From NCBI RefSeq assembly GCF_001194135.2, contig NC_068993.1, positions 53,036,565 through 53,100,564 of the forward strand: 64,000 nt of DNA. The letters run 5' to 3'. Source of the stretch: Octopus bimaculoides (Eukaryota). The notes beneath the pieces are model-generated. The model was not told the origin of the DNA and ran no database searches. It saw only the letters and a list, made by a program, of their open reading frames with translations. The first letter of the stretch is position 1. Each line of letters opens with the position of its first letter. A program made the translations under genes and the position numbers. This document shows, one piece after another, positions 1 to 28,700 of the stretch.

Positions 1-953
1 CATGGCACTAGTAGTAGTGACATCATTGTGTACATTTATTATAATTATATGTGTTCTCTGAAGTTAACACATACATTGAATTAGTATAATACAATGAGTA
101 ATGATCTGTTAAAGAGACAGCATTGCAACATTTTGGTTGAGTCATGTAGTAGTTTGCTGATCTTCATACATCTATTCTATTGATCCACTTACAGTTCAGT
201 TTGCTGGTAGAAGAGGAATTTATGAAAATATTCTCTGAGAGCATCAATTAATAAAGTGTTCAAGAAGGATAGAAATCTAGGATACAATATAATACTATGT
301 TACATAACAAAACAAATCTGCTCAGACCAGAAATATAAAAGATACTTGCTCAAGGTACCATGCAGTGCCTCGAGCAAATATCATCAAATTTCAAGTTCAT
401 TCCCACTAGTGAATTATTGTATGAACTGCATTAACTTACATCTTTTTCTACTATAAGCTGTAGTGGACACAAAGTTGAATGCCTGAGTATCACCTTATAG
501 CATCATTGGAGCTTCAAACATGAAGGTGATACTCAGGCACTCAACTGAGTATCATATAGCAGAAACAGCTGTAAGCTAATGCAGTTCACAAGATAAGTGT
601 TTCTTCCTTAGACATCTCAATTTCTGATACACACACATATATGTAAACACACACACACAACACGTCACTCGGCTGAGGGATCTTGCATGGCACTTAGTGA
701 TCTCATTGGTGTCATCTGTGATGTATTTAGTATTAGGAAGGACATTGAGTTGTAGAAACCATACCAAAGTCGACATTGCAGCTTGGTATAGTTCACTGGC
801 TCATCAGTTTCTGTGAAATTGTCCAACCCCTGCCAGCATGGAAAACAAACGTTAAATGATATGTACAGATTAAACTTCAAATTTGGAAATGTAAAGTGAA
901 GAACAAGGTTTATGTGATATATAAAGAATGATTAGATAGAAGTACAACTTTAA

Positions 954-1158
954 CCCTTTCGTATTCAAACCAGCCATATCTGACCAAAATATTCTGCCTG
1001 TTTTATGCCAGATTTTGCTCCTCATACATACTCTCCAATATCATTCAAAAATGAACAGTTATATCTTAAAAATCTGAAAGCTATAATATAATGCTTAATT
1101 CAAAACAATATGAATAAATAAGTATTACATTTTCTAGAATAATCTGAATGCTAAAGAG
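954..1158. mobile_element. piggyBac-like MITE (TTAA|CCCTTT...AAAGGG family)
   Basis: Similar to copies at 23122..23328 and 27202..27404; right end is degenerate. Confidence 0.6.
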
Positions 1159-1244
1159 TGAATAATATGTACAGCACTCTCTACTCTGCATTGCAAACAC
1201 AAAACTTACAAACTTCATATATATATATATATATATAATGAAAT

Positions 1245-1860
1245 CGTAGTTGTGGTCGATGCCAGTGCCGTCTGACTGGCACCCATGCTGGTGGTACATA
1301 AAAAACACCATTCATGGAGGCAGTAATGTCAAGTAGAGTGTGATCGTAATTATGGCCAATGCCAGTGTCACATAACTGGCCCATTAAAAGCACTCTTCAA
1401 TCGATGGGTGATATGCTGTACTTGTGAAGACCTGTTGAACCATGTGAAATTGTAGTCGTAGCCGATGCCAGTGCTGTGTGACTGGCACCCGTGCCAGTGG
1501 CATGTAAAAAGCTGTGCTGGTAGAACATAAAAAGCACCATGTGAGCACTGGGTCTCATGGAAGCAGTGACAGGTGACCAACACCCTTGGTGATATACCTT
1601 GCTTGTATTGATCCATCAAGCCAAATGAGACTATAGTCACAGCCGATGCCAGTGTCAGGTTAATGGCACCTATGCCGCTGGCATGTAAAAAGCATAGACT
1701 ACACTTTTGGAGGTGTTGGTGTTAGAAAGGGCATCCAGCTGCGAAAGCCTTGCCAAATCAGATTGGAACCTGGTGCAGCCTCCCGGCTTAACAGTTTCCA
1801 GTCAAACCGGCCAACCCATGCCAGAATGAAAAGCGACGTTAAATGAGGATGATGATGATG
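1245..1860 (+). mobile_element. Octopus-type SINE body with tandem internal modules and (GAT)n tail
   Basis: Repeated GATGCCAGTG...GACTGGCACC...TAAAAAGCACC modules; tail CCAACCCATGCCAG...GTTAAATGAGGATGATGATG shared with many copies in the window. Confidence 0.75.
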
Positions 1861-1865
1861 ATATA

Positions 1866-2644
1866 CAAAGTAGCACACGAAAAAGTAGCCCAGATTCCAT
1901 AGCATAGTGTAAATAGAGAAATTCTTTTCCACACACGAAAAAGCAGCCAGCTTTCATTTGCAAGTGTCATTGCATTATTCCAACCACTTGTAATCTGCTG
2001 AACAAAGATCGCACACAAGTCATCTGTTTGCTACATTATTCTCACCACAGTAGTTAATTGTAAGATTGAATGGAGTAAACATCTCTAGCTTTTTCTGCAA
2101 AATGATGTACTCAATAGTGGAAAGAGTGGAGATTATGGAAGCATATGTGAGAACAGGTTCTGTTAAGCAAACACATGAAATTTTTGATTTCAAGTTTCTG
2201 GGTAAAGGTTTACCAGTAAAGAGAACGATACAAATGTTGGTTAAGTTGCACACTACAGGATCATTGCACAACACTCCAACAAAAGAGATCCTACAGTTCA
2301 AATGCTGGAAATTATTCACGACATTCGCCAAAGGGTTGCTGAAAGTCCAAACAAGTCAACACATAAATTGGAGCAGCAGTCTCACATAAGTAAGAGGTCA
2401 TGCCAACAAGTATTGAAAAGTCTAAAGCTGAAGTCATATCATTTCATATGTTCACAATTAAAAATGAGTGAGAAAACTAAATGAGTAAATTATTGCACAT
2501 AGTTTCTGAATAGCAGTTATAAGTGGTCAAAATAACACAATGACACTTGCACACAAAAGGCTGGTGCTTTTTCATGTGTGTAAATTTATTTCTATATTTA
2601 CACTATGATATGAAACCTGGGCTACTTTCTCGTGTGCCGCTTTG
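1866..2644 (+). mobile_element. Internally deleted Tc1/mariner-superfamily DNA transposon
   Basis: About 125-bp imperfect TIRs (1866..1988 and 2521..2644) with TA on both sides. The frameshifted N-terminal transposase YSIVERVEIMEAY...TIQMLVKLHTTGSL...ESPNKST...LKLKSYH lies between them. Confidence 0.85.
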
Positions 2645-2857
2645 TATATAATTTAAAAAGAAAAGTAAAAACAAATAGAATTCAGATAAAATGCACTACG
2701 TTTTTAATATCGCTTTAAATTATTTAAGTGACCTTAAAATTATTCTCAAGAAAATTTAAAAAAGACAGTTTCACTATGTCATTAAGAATATTTGTAGAAT
2801 CATGTTTGTGTGCGTGTATGTGTGTGAATAAATATGTATTTGGAAAAATATATGTGT

Positions 2858-3400
2858 CTAACTCAAGTTGTCTACAATGTCACACATTATTTTATCCAAA
2901 CCATCACAAGGTTCAATGTCCATTGGTTTACTTTCAGATTTGTCCTTTGCCTGTAGTATTTCACTTGAAGTCATAGCCTTGCATTCCATTGCATCTGCAT
3001 CGGGCAGAGCTTGTAAAGACTTGAGAATTAGTTCTTTGACACCATCAAGATGTTTTTGAAATTTGTCAGCAATTTCTAATCGTTGGCGTTTTTGATATTC
3101 CATCATCATCCGAAGTGTTTCTCGTGCCTGGTGTGGACGGAATTCATTTATTAAATGGTGCATGTGAATAAAAAGCAAGTTCATATCATCCAGTTTTTCT
3201 GTACGTTTCGGAGAATCTGGAGCCCGAATGAGTATGTCGAGTAAGTCTAAGAAGTTGATCAAAATTGAATGATTTAGTTTTTTCAGTTCTCGTTTGTGGT
3301 CATAGTTCTGTGGGTAAAGACGTCGGAAACCTTGTGTTTCTAAGGGTCGAATAATCGCATCATCTGCATTAAATGGCACTCCAAACATCATATAACTGTC
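2858..3400 (-). CDS. MED7: MED7 coding exon 2
   Basis: Acceptor TTTTAAAG|GAC; covers ORF 2858..3391 to the stop codon. Confidence 0.96.
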   Translation of the reverse strand, partial: DSYMMFGVPFNADDAIIRPLETQGFRRLYPQNYDHKRELKKLNHSILINFLDLLDILIRAPDSPKRTEKLDDMNLLFIHMHHLINEFRPHQARETLRMMMEYQKRQRLEIADKFQKHLDGVKELILKSLQALPDADAMECKAMTSSEILQAKDKSESKPMDIEPCDGLDKIMCDIVDNLS

Positions 3401-4038
3401 CTTTAAAAGAAAAAAGTATATAAAATTAGGTTGATGATAAATTCTTTGAAAATAACAATACAGAAACGAAGTATCAATTCAGCCATTTTTCATTGTATAT
3501 AGTGGCTGGAGACTTATCAGAGACAGTATCTCCTGCCCAGAAGCCCTTCTTGTCATTAACTTTTAACTATTTCCAAGTAAGGGTTTCTTCTTTTTTTTTA
3601 TTATTCCAGTTGCCATTGAAACTACAGAGAAACTGATTATAATGTTCAAGAAGAAATGTAAACATCACATCACTGTTTTGCTCACAGTGGTAAGTAAAAC
3701 CATGGAACATCAACACTTATGCATGCGTGGCCCCCATGCCAGTGGCACATAAAAAGTACCATTCGAGCATGACCATTGCCAGTACCGCCTGACTGGCCCT
3801 CGTGTTAGTGGCACGTAAAAGTACCCACTACACTCTCGGAGACTGGTTTTAAATAAACAAGGACGAAAAAAAAAAAGATTTATAAAAGACATCTAATGGA
3901 GAAAAGATGATAAAATCTTACTTGAATCGGTGGAGGTGGTTGCGGCACTCTACCACGTTTGATGTGATCATCTGTGTACAAGCTGATATATTGCATTGGA
4001 GGCAAAGGGAAAGAACTCACACCCTGTTGTTCAGACAT
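2858..4038 (-). CDS. MED7: Mediator of RNA polymerase II transcription subunit 7; join(complement(3922..4038),complement(2858..3400))
   Basis: Translation [39 protein letters not shown]|DSYMMFG...[11 protein letters not shown]...[15 protein letters not shown] matches the Med7 family. The phase-0 GT-AG intron spans 3401..3921. Confidence 0.96.
3922..4038 (-). CDS. MED7: MED7 coding exon 1
   Basis: ATG at 4038 lies 3 nt after a TTTATAG acceptor; donor CAA|GTAAGA. Confidence 0.93.
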
Positions 4039-4256
4039 TTCCTATAAAGTGAGATAAAATGTTTTAAAAATAATATATTGGAGCCTGTCGATTTAGCACA
4101 GAATCAATAATGTTGCATTTAGTCTTTTATCCATGAGTGTGTAAGCATTCAGATGCAGTGCTTACATTATTATTATAAACACCGTCCGTTTTAGCGTCCA
4201 TTTTTCCAAGACCACATGGGTTGATGGAATTCATTGAGGCAGGTTCTATTGAAATA

Positions 4257-4374
4257 CAGACGTCCCGACGCATCTACATAACCCTAACCCTCACTAATAG
4301 TAAAACTAACCCTAACCTACTATCGGGTGTGCATTGTAAAAACATATCGTTACGTAGATGCAGTGGGACCTCTG
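4257..4374. mobile_element. Tc1/pogo (Tigger-like) MITE containing TAACCC repeats
   Basis: TA|CAGACGTCCCGACGCATCTACATAAC ... GTTACGTAGATGCAGTGGGACCTCTG|TA. Confidence 0.75.
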
Positions 4375-4643
4375 TATTTAAGTAGTGTCGAAAAGTACTC
4401 ATTCATTCTAGATAAATTGTGTACATTTTCTGTGTACCAGGGAAAATATGTGACATTTCGTTGGAGATAAAAACAATTTGTTCATTCTATTGAAAGTGAA
4501 GGAGTGATTGATTAACTCACATTTTGCATAGGTTTGAACAAGATTTGATAGAACAATCGATATGATATCAACATCACTTTATCATGTTTATAGATAATAA
4601 AATACCAAAATGACTATAGCTGAATTAGAGAATGGTGTGGCGG

Positions 4644-5005
4644 AGACGGACTATATGTAATCTGAACCTTTCCCCACCTTATTTATTAATTTTTTTTACG
4701 GAATCCCACGTTTTAGAGATTCCGATTCTGAAAAAAAATTGTTTGAAAAATTTCAATTCCCCCCACCACCACAACCACCAAGCAGGCTATCTACGTGCTA
4801 GAAATAACAGCCAAATCTCACAAAATTAGTGTTAGGGTTAGGGTTTGAGTTAGGGTTAGGTTTACCCTGTGGATCTATACAAAAACCGGGGGGGGGGCGA
4901 AATTTTGAAAAAAAAATTTCAGAATCGGAATCTCCATAGCCTAAAACGTGGGATTCCGTAAAAAAAAATAAGGGGGGAAAGGTTCAGATTACATATAGTC
5001 CATCT
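4644..5005. mobile_element. Fold-back MITE with about 100-bp TIRs and central TTAGGG-like repeats
   Basis: GGACTATATGTAATCTGAACCTTTCCCC...TACGGAATCCCACGTTTTAG is mirrored at 4900..5001; no TSD recognised. Confidence 0.8.
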
Positions 5006-5966
5006 GGACCAAAATGAAATTTGTTTTTATTTCATTTGAGAAAATATTACAATAAAAGCCAGAAGAAAAAAAAACAATCCAGAAAAGTAACACAATTTAC
5101 AAAAGTAAGAAAATGATTTTGTAAAAACACAGGAAATCAGTCAAGAAATTAAACAAAATAAAGAGGCATGCACAATTTTTATATTGTACATTTTGTTTTT
5201 CAGATAACTTAAAGTATATAAATGTTAAGCGGCGTAACTACAAGTTATGTCTGTCAACCGTCGATTCACTGTTCCTTTATAAATCTCAGATCATTTATGA
5301 TATTGCATTATTTCCAGTCTCTCATACGATGAAGGCTTCTTGAATAAAAAAGCCTATGAAGCCTCAACATTTCTAGGATACATTTAAACTGTATACGAAA
5401 AAACTTGTCAGGCTGTAAATATTAGACATTTAAAACCCAGAAATTTACAGATTTTCATAAGTGGTGCATTTATATTAATCCGTTTTTATCAATTTTAAAA
5501 AATTAAATTACGAAGTTACTTAAGTTTAATCAATCCAATTAATTTCAATGTGGCACAATGAAAAAGTGAATAATAAAAACTTACTAAATCGATGCAGTAT
5601 AGAGAGTTCTTTGAGAACTTAGCAATCACCAAATTAAACAAGAAATAATGTGGCCAATAATCTCATTAAATCGATACGAAATATTCAATTCAAAAATAAT
5701 TTTAGATCAAATAAATCACCAGCTAAAGAAAAATAAACAATGATCGTAGTTATTTAAACAGGAACTAGAAAAAGAATGGTGTAAGAACTAACCGAGGAAA
5801 AGAAAAATTAAAATCTAAATTGACGCTTTTTAACTATGGAATGGTTATATCTAAAATATTACTTGAATTAAACTCCGAAAAAAATATTTCAAAATTATTA
5901 TTTTATTGTTTATATATAATTTTTCTTTATTGAATTTCGTCTTTATTTATACCATAGAAACAAATT

Positions 5967-6054
5967 ACCTGATTAACTGCGGTATACATTGCAAATAAAC
6001 AAGTGCTTGACAACGAAAAAGTTACAGTATAAAGAAAATTTTCTAACTTCAAAT

Positions 6055-6057
<3 letters not shown>
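5967..6057. promoter_or_regulatory. Candidate compact bidirectional promoter MED7/BBS7
   Basis: A minus-strand donor CAG|GTAATT at 5968 (putative MED7 5'UTR exon) lies 87 bp from the BBS7 ATG, in locally CpG-retaining sequence. TSSs are not known. Confidence 0.5.
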
Positions 6058-23730
<17,673 letters not shown>

Positions 23731-23928
23731 AAAGGCAACAAAATTGTTCTACCAAATATATTTGGAATGTTATCTTAGTATAAGATTTAACTGTAAATTA
23801 GAATATAAAAATAATATTAAATGCAAGTTGCACAATGATTTTGCCATGTTGTGTTTATGTCTCCAATAATGTTCACAGTTCCAACCAGCTTTTAACTTAT
23901 TACATCTATATAGAGATTTTAACTTATA

Positions 23929-24028
23929 NNNNNNNNNNNNNNNNNNNNNNNNNNNNNNNNNNNNNNNNNNNNNNNNNNNNNNNNNNNNNNNNNNNNNNNN
24001 NNNNNNNNNNNNNNNNNNNNNNNNNNNN
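23929..24028. other. Assembly gap (100 N)
   Basis: N run. Confidence 1.
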
Positions 24029-24889
24029 ACATATATATATACATATATATACATATATATATACATGTATATATATATTTATTTAAATGAAGATAAGTTT
24101 GATTTGATCCACTTTGAGAAGGAGGGAACTCTGAAATTACCAGGCATGGATTTCGCTATGAAGTTGCAATAGGAACAATGATGATGTTGATTTTGCTTGG
24201 TATTGGACAAATGTGTCTGGGGATTGCAGGATATAATTCTTTTATTGTTCTGTTTGATCAAGTCAAATCGTTTAGATGCATCACGAAACATTTTTATGCC
24301 ACTCAGACTGATTTAGGCAATAACTTTCCCAAAATGACAATGAGACACAAAGATATACATGTTAACACTCACACAAACACACACATACACAACAGGCTTT
24401 CCTCAGTTTCCATCTATCAAAATCCACTTGCAAGGCTTTTGTCAGCCCAGGGCTATAGTAAAAGACACTTGCTCAAGGCGCTATGCAGTGAGACTGAACC
24501 TGAGACCATGTATATGGTTGGGAAGCAAACTTAGCTACATAGCCATGTGGAACATAAACATAAAAGTTTTATATGCAAAATATGATAGCATAATTTTATT
24601 TCATATACAGTGCAAATTTTATTGCCTATTTATCTTTCAACAAAATATTTTTTATTCAAAGCATTTTATGTTTACTCATCAAAAATAAGTTAAAATAAGT
24701 TTTATATTGAAAAACTTGATAATTTATCCAAAGTCAGAAGTTATATTTTTATTACCAAACTTCATCAATTTATTGACAAAATGAAAACTTTTTTTGTTTT
24801 TTTCCCAAGACACTGCTGCATATTAATAAACCAGCATTAGATGTTGAATACCAAGAAAGCAACAATTTCCCTGTAATTAAATAAATAAA

Positions 24890-25756
24890 TTAGCTTTTCT
24901 TCTGTTTTTGTTTACGTTGGTCTGACATTTCTGTCAACTTCTTATCTAACTTACTTTGAAGACGAGCGCTTTTAACTGCATTTGGTAATTTGCTAGGAAC
25001 ACCACTTCCACTATATATTACACCATCACGAGAAATTATTTTACGAGCTTGAACTTTTGCCTCAGCTCCACAGCCATGAATTTCTGGCATGCTGTGAGAT
25101 ATACAATAATGAAGCCTGCAAAATTCACAGTGTATACGCAGTACATGGGTCTTTTCTTTACATTTAGGGAAACTACATTTATTATTTACTTCCATAGCTG
25201 CTGATATTAAAGCATCAAAGTCATCTGGATCAACATTGTTTAGAGCCTTTGTCATTTTATCAGATTTGGCTTTAACTTTGGTCTTTTGAGTTGGTTTAGA
25301 ATTCTTAGTGTTAGTTTTTCTACTCTTGGAACAATGAAGGATATGCAAGTCATAATTGCTTTTTAAAATTTGCCGTAAACAATAAGAACAAATTTCAGTG
25401 TCCTCTGCAGGTTTATCAAAATCAAAAACCGGCACTGATTTATTTTGTTTCTTTACTTTCTTCGTTTTTTTATCCTGTTTTTCTGTCATAAGTAGTGATT
25501 CATCCAACAATTCACTTGAATCAATAGACATTGCTTGGTTTGTTGTTGTATCATCATCACAGTTAGAGGAAGAAACAGTAGACATTCCTGTACAGCTATC
25601 TCCAGGTTCATTATCAACCAAGTATTTGGAAGGGTTATTTTCAAGTGTATCATTATGGCTAATTACTTGTTGTTCATCATCTGATTTTTTAACAATTATT
25701 TGTCTGTCCTTGCCGTCTCCTTCACTGATATGTATCAAACCCAATTTGTTGGCTAT
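24890..25756 (-). CDS. IGHMBP2: IGHMBP2 exon 16/16 (R3H end, C2HC finger, AN1 finger)
   Basis: [20 protein letters not shown]...[37 protein letters not shown]...*. Confidence 0.94.
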   Translation of the reverse strand: MANKLGLIHISEGDGKDRQIIVKKSDDEQQVISHNDTLENNPSKYLVDNEPGDSCTGMSTVSSSNCDDDTTTNQAMSIDSSELLDESLLMTEKQDKKTKKVKKQNKSVPVFDFDKPAEDTEICSYCLRQILKSNYDLHILHCSKSRKTNTKNSKPTQKTKVKAKSDKMTKALNNVDPDDFDALISAAMEVNNKCSFPKCKEKTHVLRIHCEFCRLHYCISHSMPEIHGCGAEAKVQARKIISRDGVIYSGSGVPSKLPNAVKSARLQSKLDKKLTEMSDQRKQKQKKS

Positions 25757-28700
25757 CTGAAAAAAATAACAATAAAAAGAATTTAATTTTAGAATAAGCT
25801 TATATATAAATAATTATTCTAAAAATAAATTTATTTTGATAAATCTAATATAGATAACATTCTTGCATTTTGGTAGTATTAGTTTCACAGTGTCTTTTAC
25901 AGATTTTATAGTTTAAAAAAGTATAAAATGATCTTTGGTTTGTCATCAAATTCACAAGTGAACTGTATTGATTCCCATGTTATAAATTTGTAACAAGATT
26001 GAATCTATGAAATACAAAAATAGTGTTTCAAATGACAAAAATGACACTACTAAAAAGCAATATGTTTTAACACAAATTTTTTTCCAAAAACATCAATAAA
26101 AAAAACAAGAAAAACTTGAAATATTTTTCCTTACTTCATGTACCAACATTCTTTCAAAAGAATTCAGTGTAGATGGGAAAATTTTCGCAGTTTCCTCCGA
26201 GTTTTTTGAGAAATCTGTGAGAGTTTTATGCAGCTCATTATGTCGTTTCGCATCCTTGTCGGCTTTAGATATTTTGCTGAAATAGTAAAAAGTAAGGACT
26301 GTAATCCAAACTAATGAGCAGATGAGCCACAATCCTCGCAGACAAGAAACAAAGACACAAGCTCCCCTGGGTCAGTAACAGCAAAGGAATCAGTGGAGTG
26401 GACATGAGATGTTTTGGTACAGCTGTATTGAAACCACCTGTCTGACGTCACTGGTTCAATGTTGACTTATTTGATATCAAGCATTTTAATGTTTCTCTTG
26501 TTCTCCCCACCTCTCTCTGTCTATGTGTAAGTATATTTCTGATTATGTGTATGAGGAGACGGAAAGTTTATATTTCAATTGCATTCAATTAATAAATTGC
26601 AACCTCTCCCTCTTTATCTATATGTGTATATATACATTAATAATATCAGGGTAGGAAAAACTTTAGAAATTTTTACTACCAGTGGCTTAGCATGTAGAAA
26701 AATTAGTCAAGATATTGTATATTATTTATATAAATACAATGTACATTTAAACACATAAGAGGTATCCATCATAGGATACCTGGCACGCTACTGTATTTAT
26801 GTGTATACATACAGATAGATAAAGAGATGTGCATATGTATATATCTGCATGTGTGTATGAGTTTGCCTCCAGTGCCAAAAAGTAGCTTGACATGTCTTAT
26901 TATGCACAGTGAATCACCAGAAGTCTCTGTCTCTTGTCATCTCCTCTGTGAGGTTCAAAGTTTGAAGGTCTTTTCTCACCACTTTGTCTCCTGGGTCTAC
27001 CCTTTCCATAGGTTTCTTCCACAATTAGAAATCAGCACTTCCTATTATTATTATCCAATTAATTAATCAAGTGTTTGATTAATCATTTTGCCAAGCAATC
27101 AGTCAGCTAGCTTTGTGACATGCAACTTTGTCAATGACATACCTTCTCTACTCCAGGTCTGCTTCAAAAGTGTCTACCCCTATTTCAAATGTGTTGTTTA
27201 ACCCCTTACTGTTTAAATCGGCCATATCTGGCCTGTTTTATGTTCAAACTGGCCATATTCAGCCTGTCACACCTTCTCTACGATGCCATACTAAAAATAA
27301 ACAAGCACACCATCGAAATCTCAAAGCAATAAGATCATGAATAATTCAAAACAATGTGAACAAACAAGCATAACAGTCAACAGAATAATCTGAACACTAA
27401 AGGGTTTAAAATTATAAACTTACTTCAAACACACAATATTTAATTATTTAAAATATGGAAGTGATTATGCTTTTTATATTTGAAGAAAAGGGGGAAATGA
27501 AGGATTAGACTGTTTATGTTTTCAAACCAAAATCTGAAACAAACCACAGTCAAGTTGATAATAAAAAAAAAACATAGGTCACTCCAAAATATAGAATTAC
27601 AAGTAAATTTCACAGAAGCTTAAAATATATACAATACTTTTGTTTNNNNNNNNNNNNNNNNNNNNNNNNNNNNNNNNNNNNNNNNNNNNNNNNNNNNNNN
27701 NNNNNNNNNNNNNNNNNNNNNNNNNNNNNNNNNNNNNNNNNNNNNNNNNNNNNNNNNNNNNNNNNNNAAACAAAATTTAAAAATTTACAATTCATATTAA
27801 TTAAAAATTAGTTTAAGAGAAAAAAAAAAAGAACCTAGAGAGATGCTTGAGATAATTATTTGTTGATATTTTAATAAGTAATTTTAAACATTAAAATATA
27901 TAAACTAAAGAATTGAGTAATAAATAATTTCAACTTTAGAATTCTTTAGACTACATAGAAATAAATAATGAAAATAAAATTTTCTTTCATAATTATGGAA
28001 ATAATTATTAAACAATGTTCAATGATGACAATGCATTCAGTACATTTATTTGTTATTCTACTCACTCTCATCATCATTTTTTAACATCCACCTCCCATGC
28101 ATAGACTAGGCAGTTTGACAGGATCCAACAGATCCAAAGACTGAATAACACTCCAATATCTGTTCTAGTATGGTTTCTACAGCTGGATGTTCTTTCTAAA
28201 GCCAACCACTTTACAGAATATACTGGATACTTTTTTGTGCCACTAGCACTGGTGAAGTTGTCATGCAGCTTACAAATCAAGATCTCCTTTGACTGAGGAG
28301 AGGGAAGCAGCTTTGTGCTTGGAAATGAGAACTTCAAGTATGAATGAAGGGGCCACAACAAAACAGGTTTCTTGCTGTTGAGGAGCTACATGTCTACTCA
28401 CATGGAATAATCAGTAGTTATTATGGCACCACCAACATGTCCTATGCTAATAAACATGTAGATATAACTAATATGGAACATATAACATTAGATATGTAGG
28501 CATAGGCATGGCTGTGTGGTGAAGAGGTACACTTCCTAACCATGTGACTTCAGGTTCAGACCAACTGATTATCCCTGCTGTGTGTGTGTGTGCGCGAGAG
28601 TTTATGTCTCCTAGTCATGACATCACATGATAATTGTAAACAAGCATTACTGTTACACAAGTGGTGTTGTTCATTTCCAGTCTTCTGTGAAAATATGTCC

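Noticed and set aside
2066-2484. ORFs 2066..2389 and 2302..2484 as a host gene
   Set aside because: Frameshifted transposase remnant between TIRs.
25398-25760. 120-aa plus-strand ORF
   Set aside because: Antisense shadow of the IGHMBP2 last exon; the same applies to 50973..51263 and 51273..51479 versus DRAP1.
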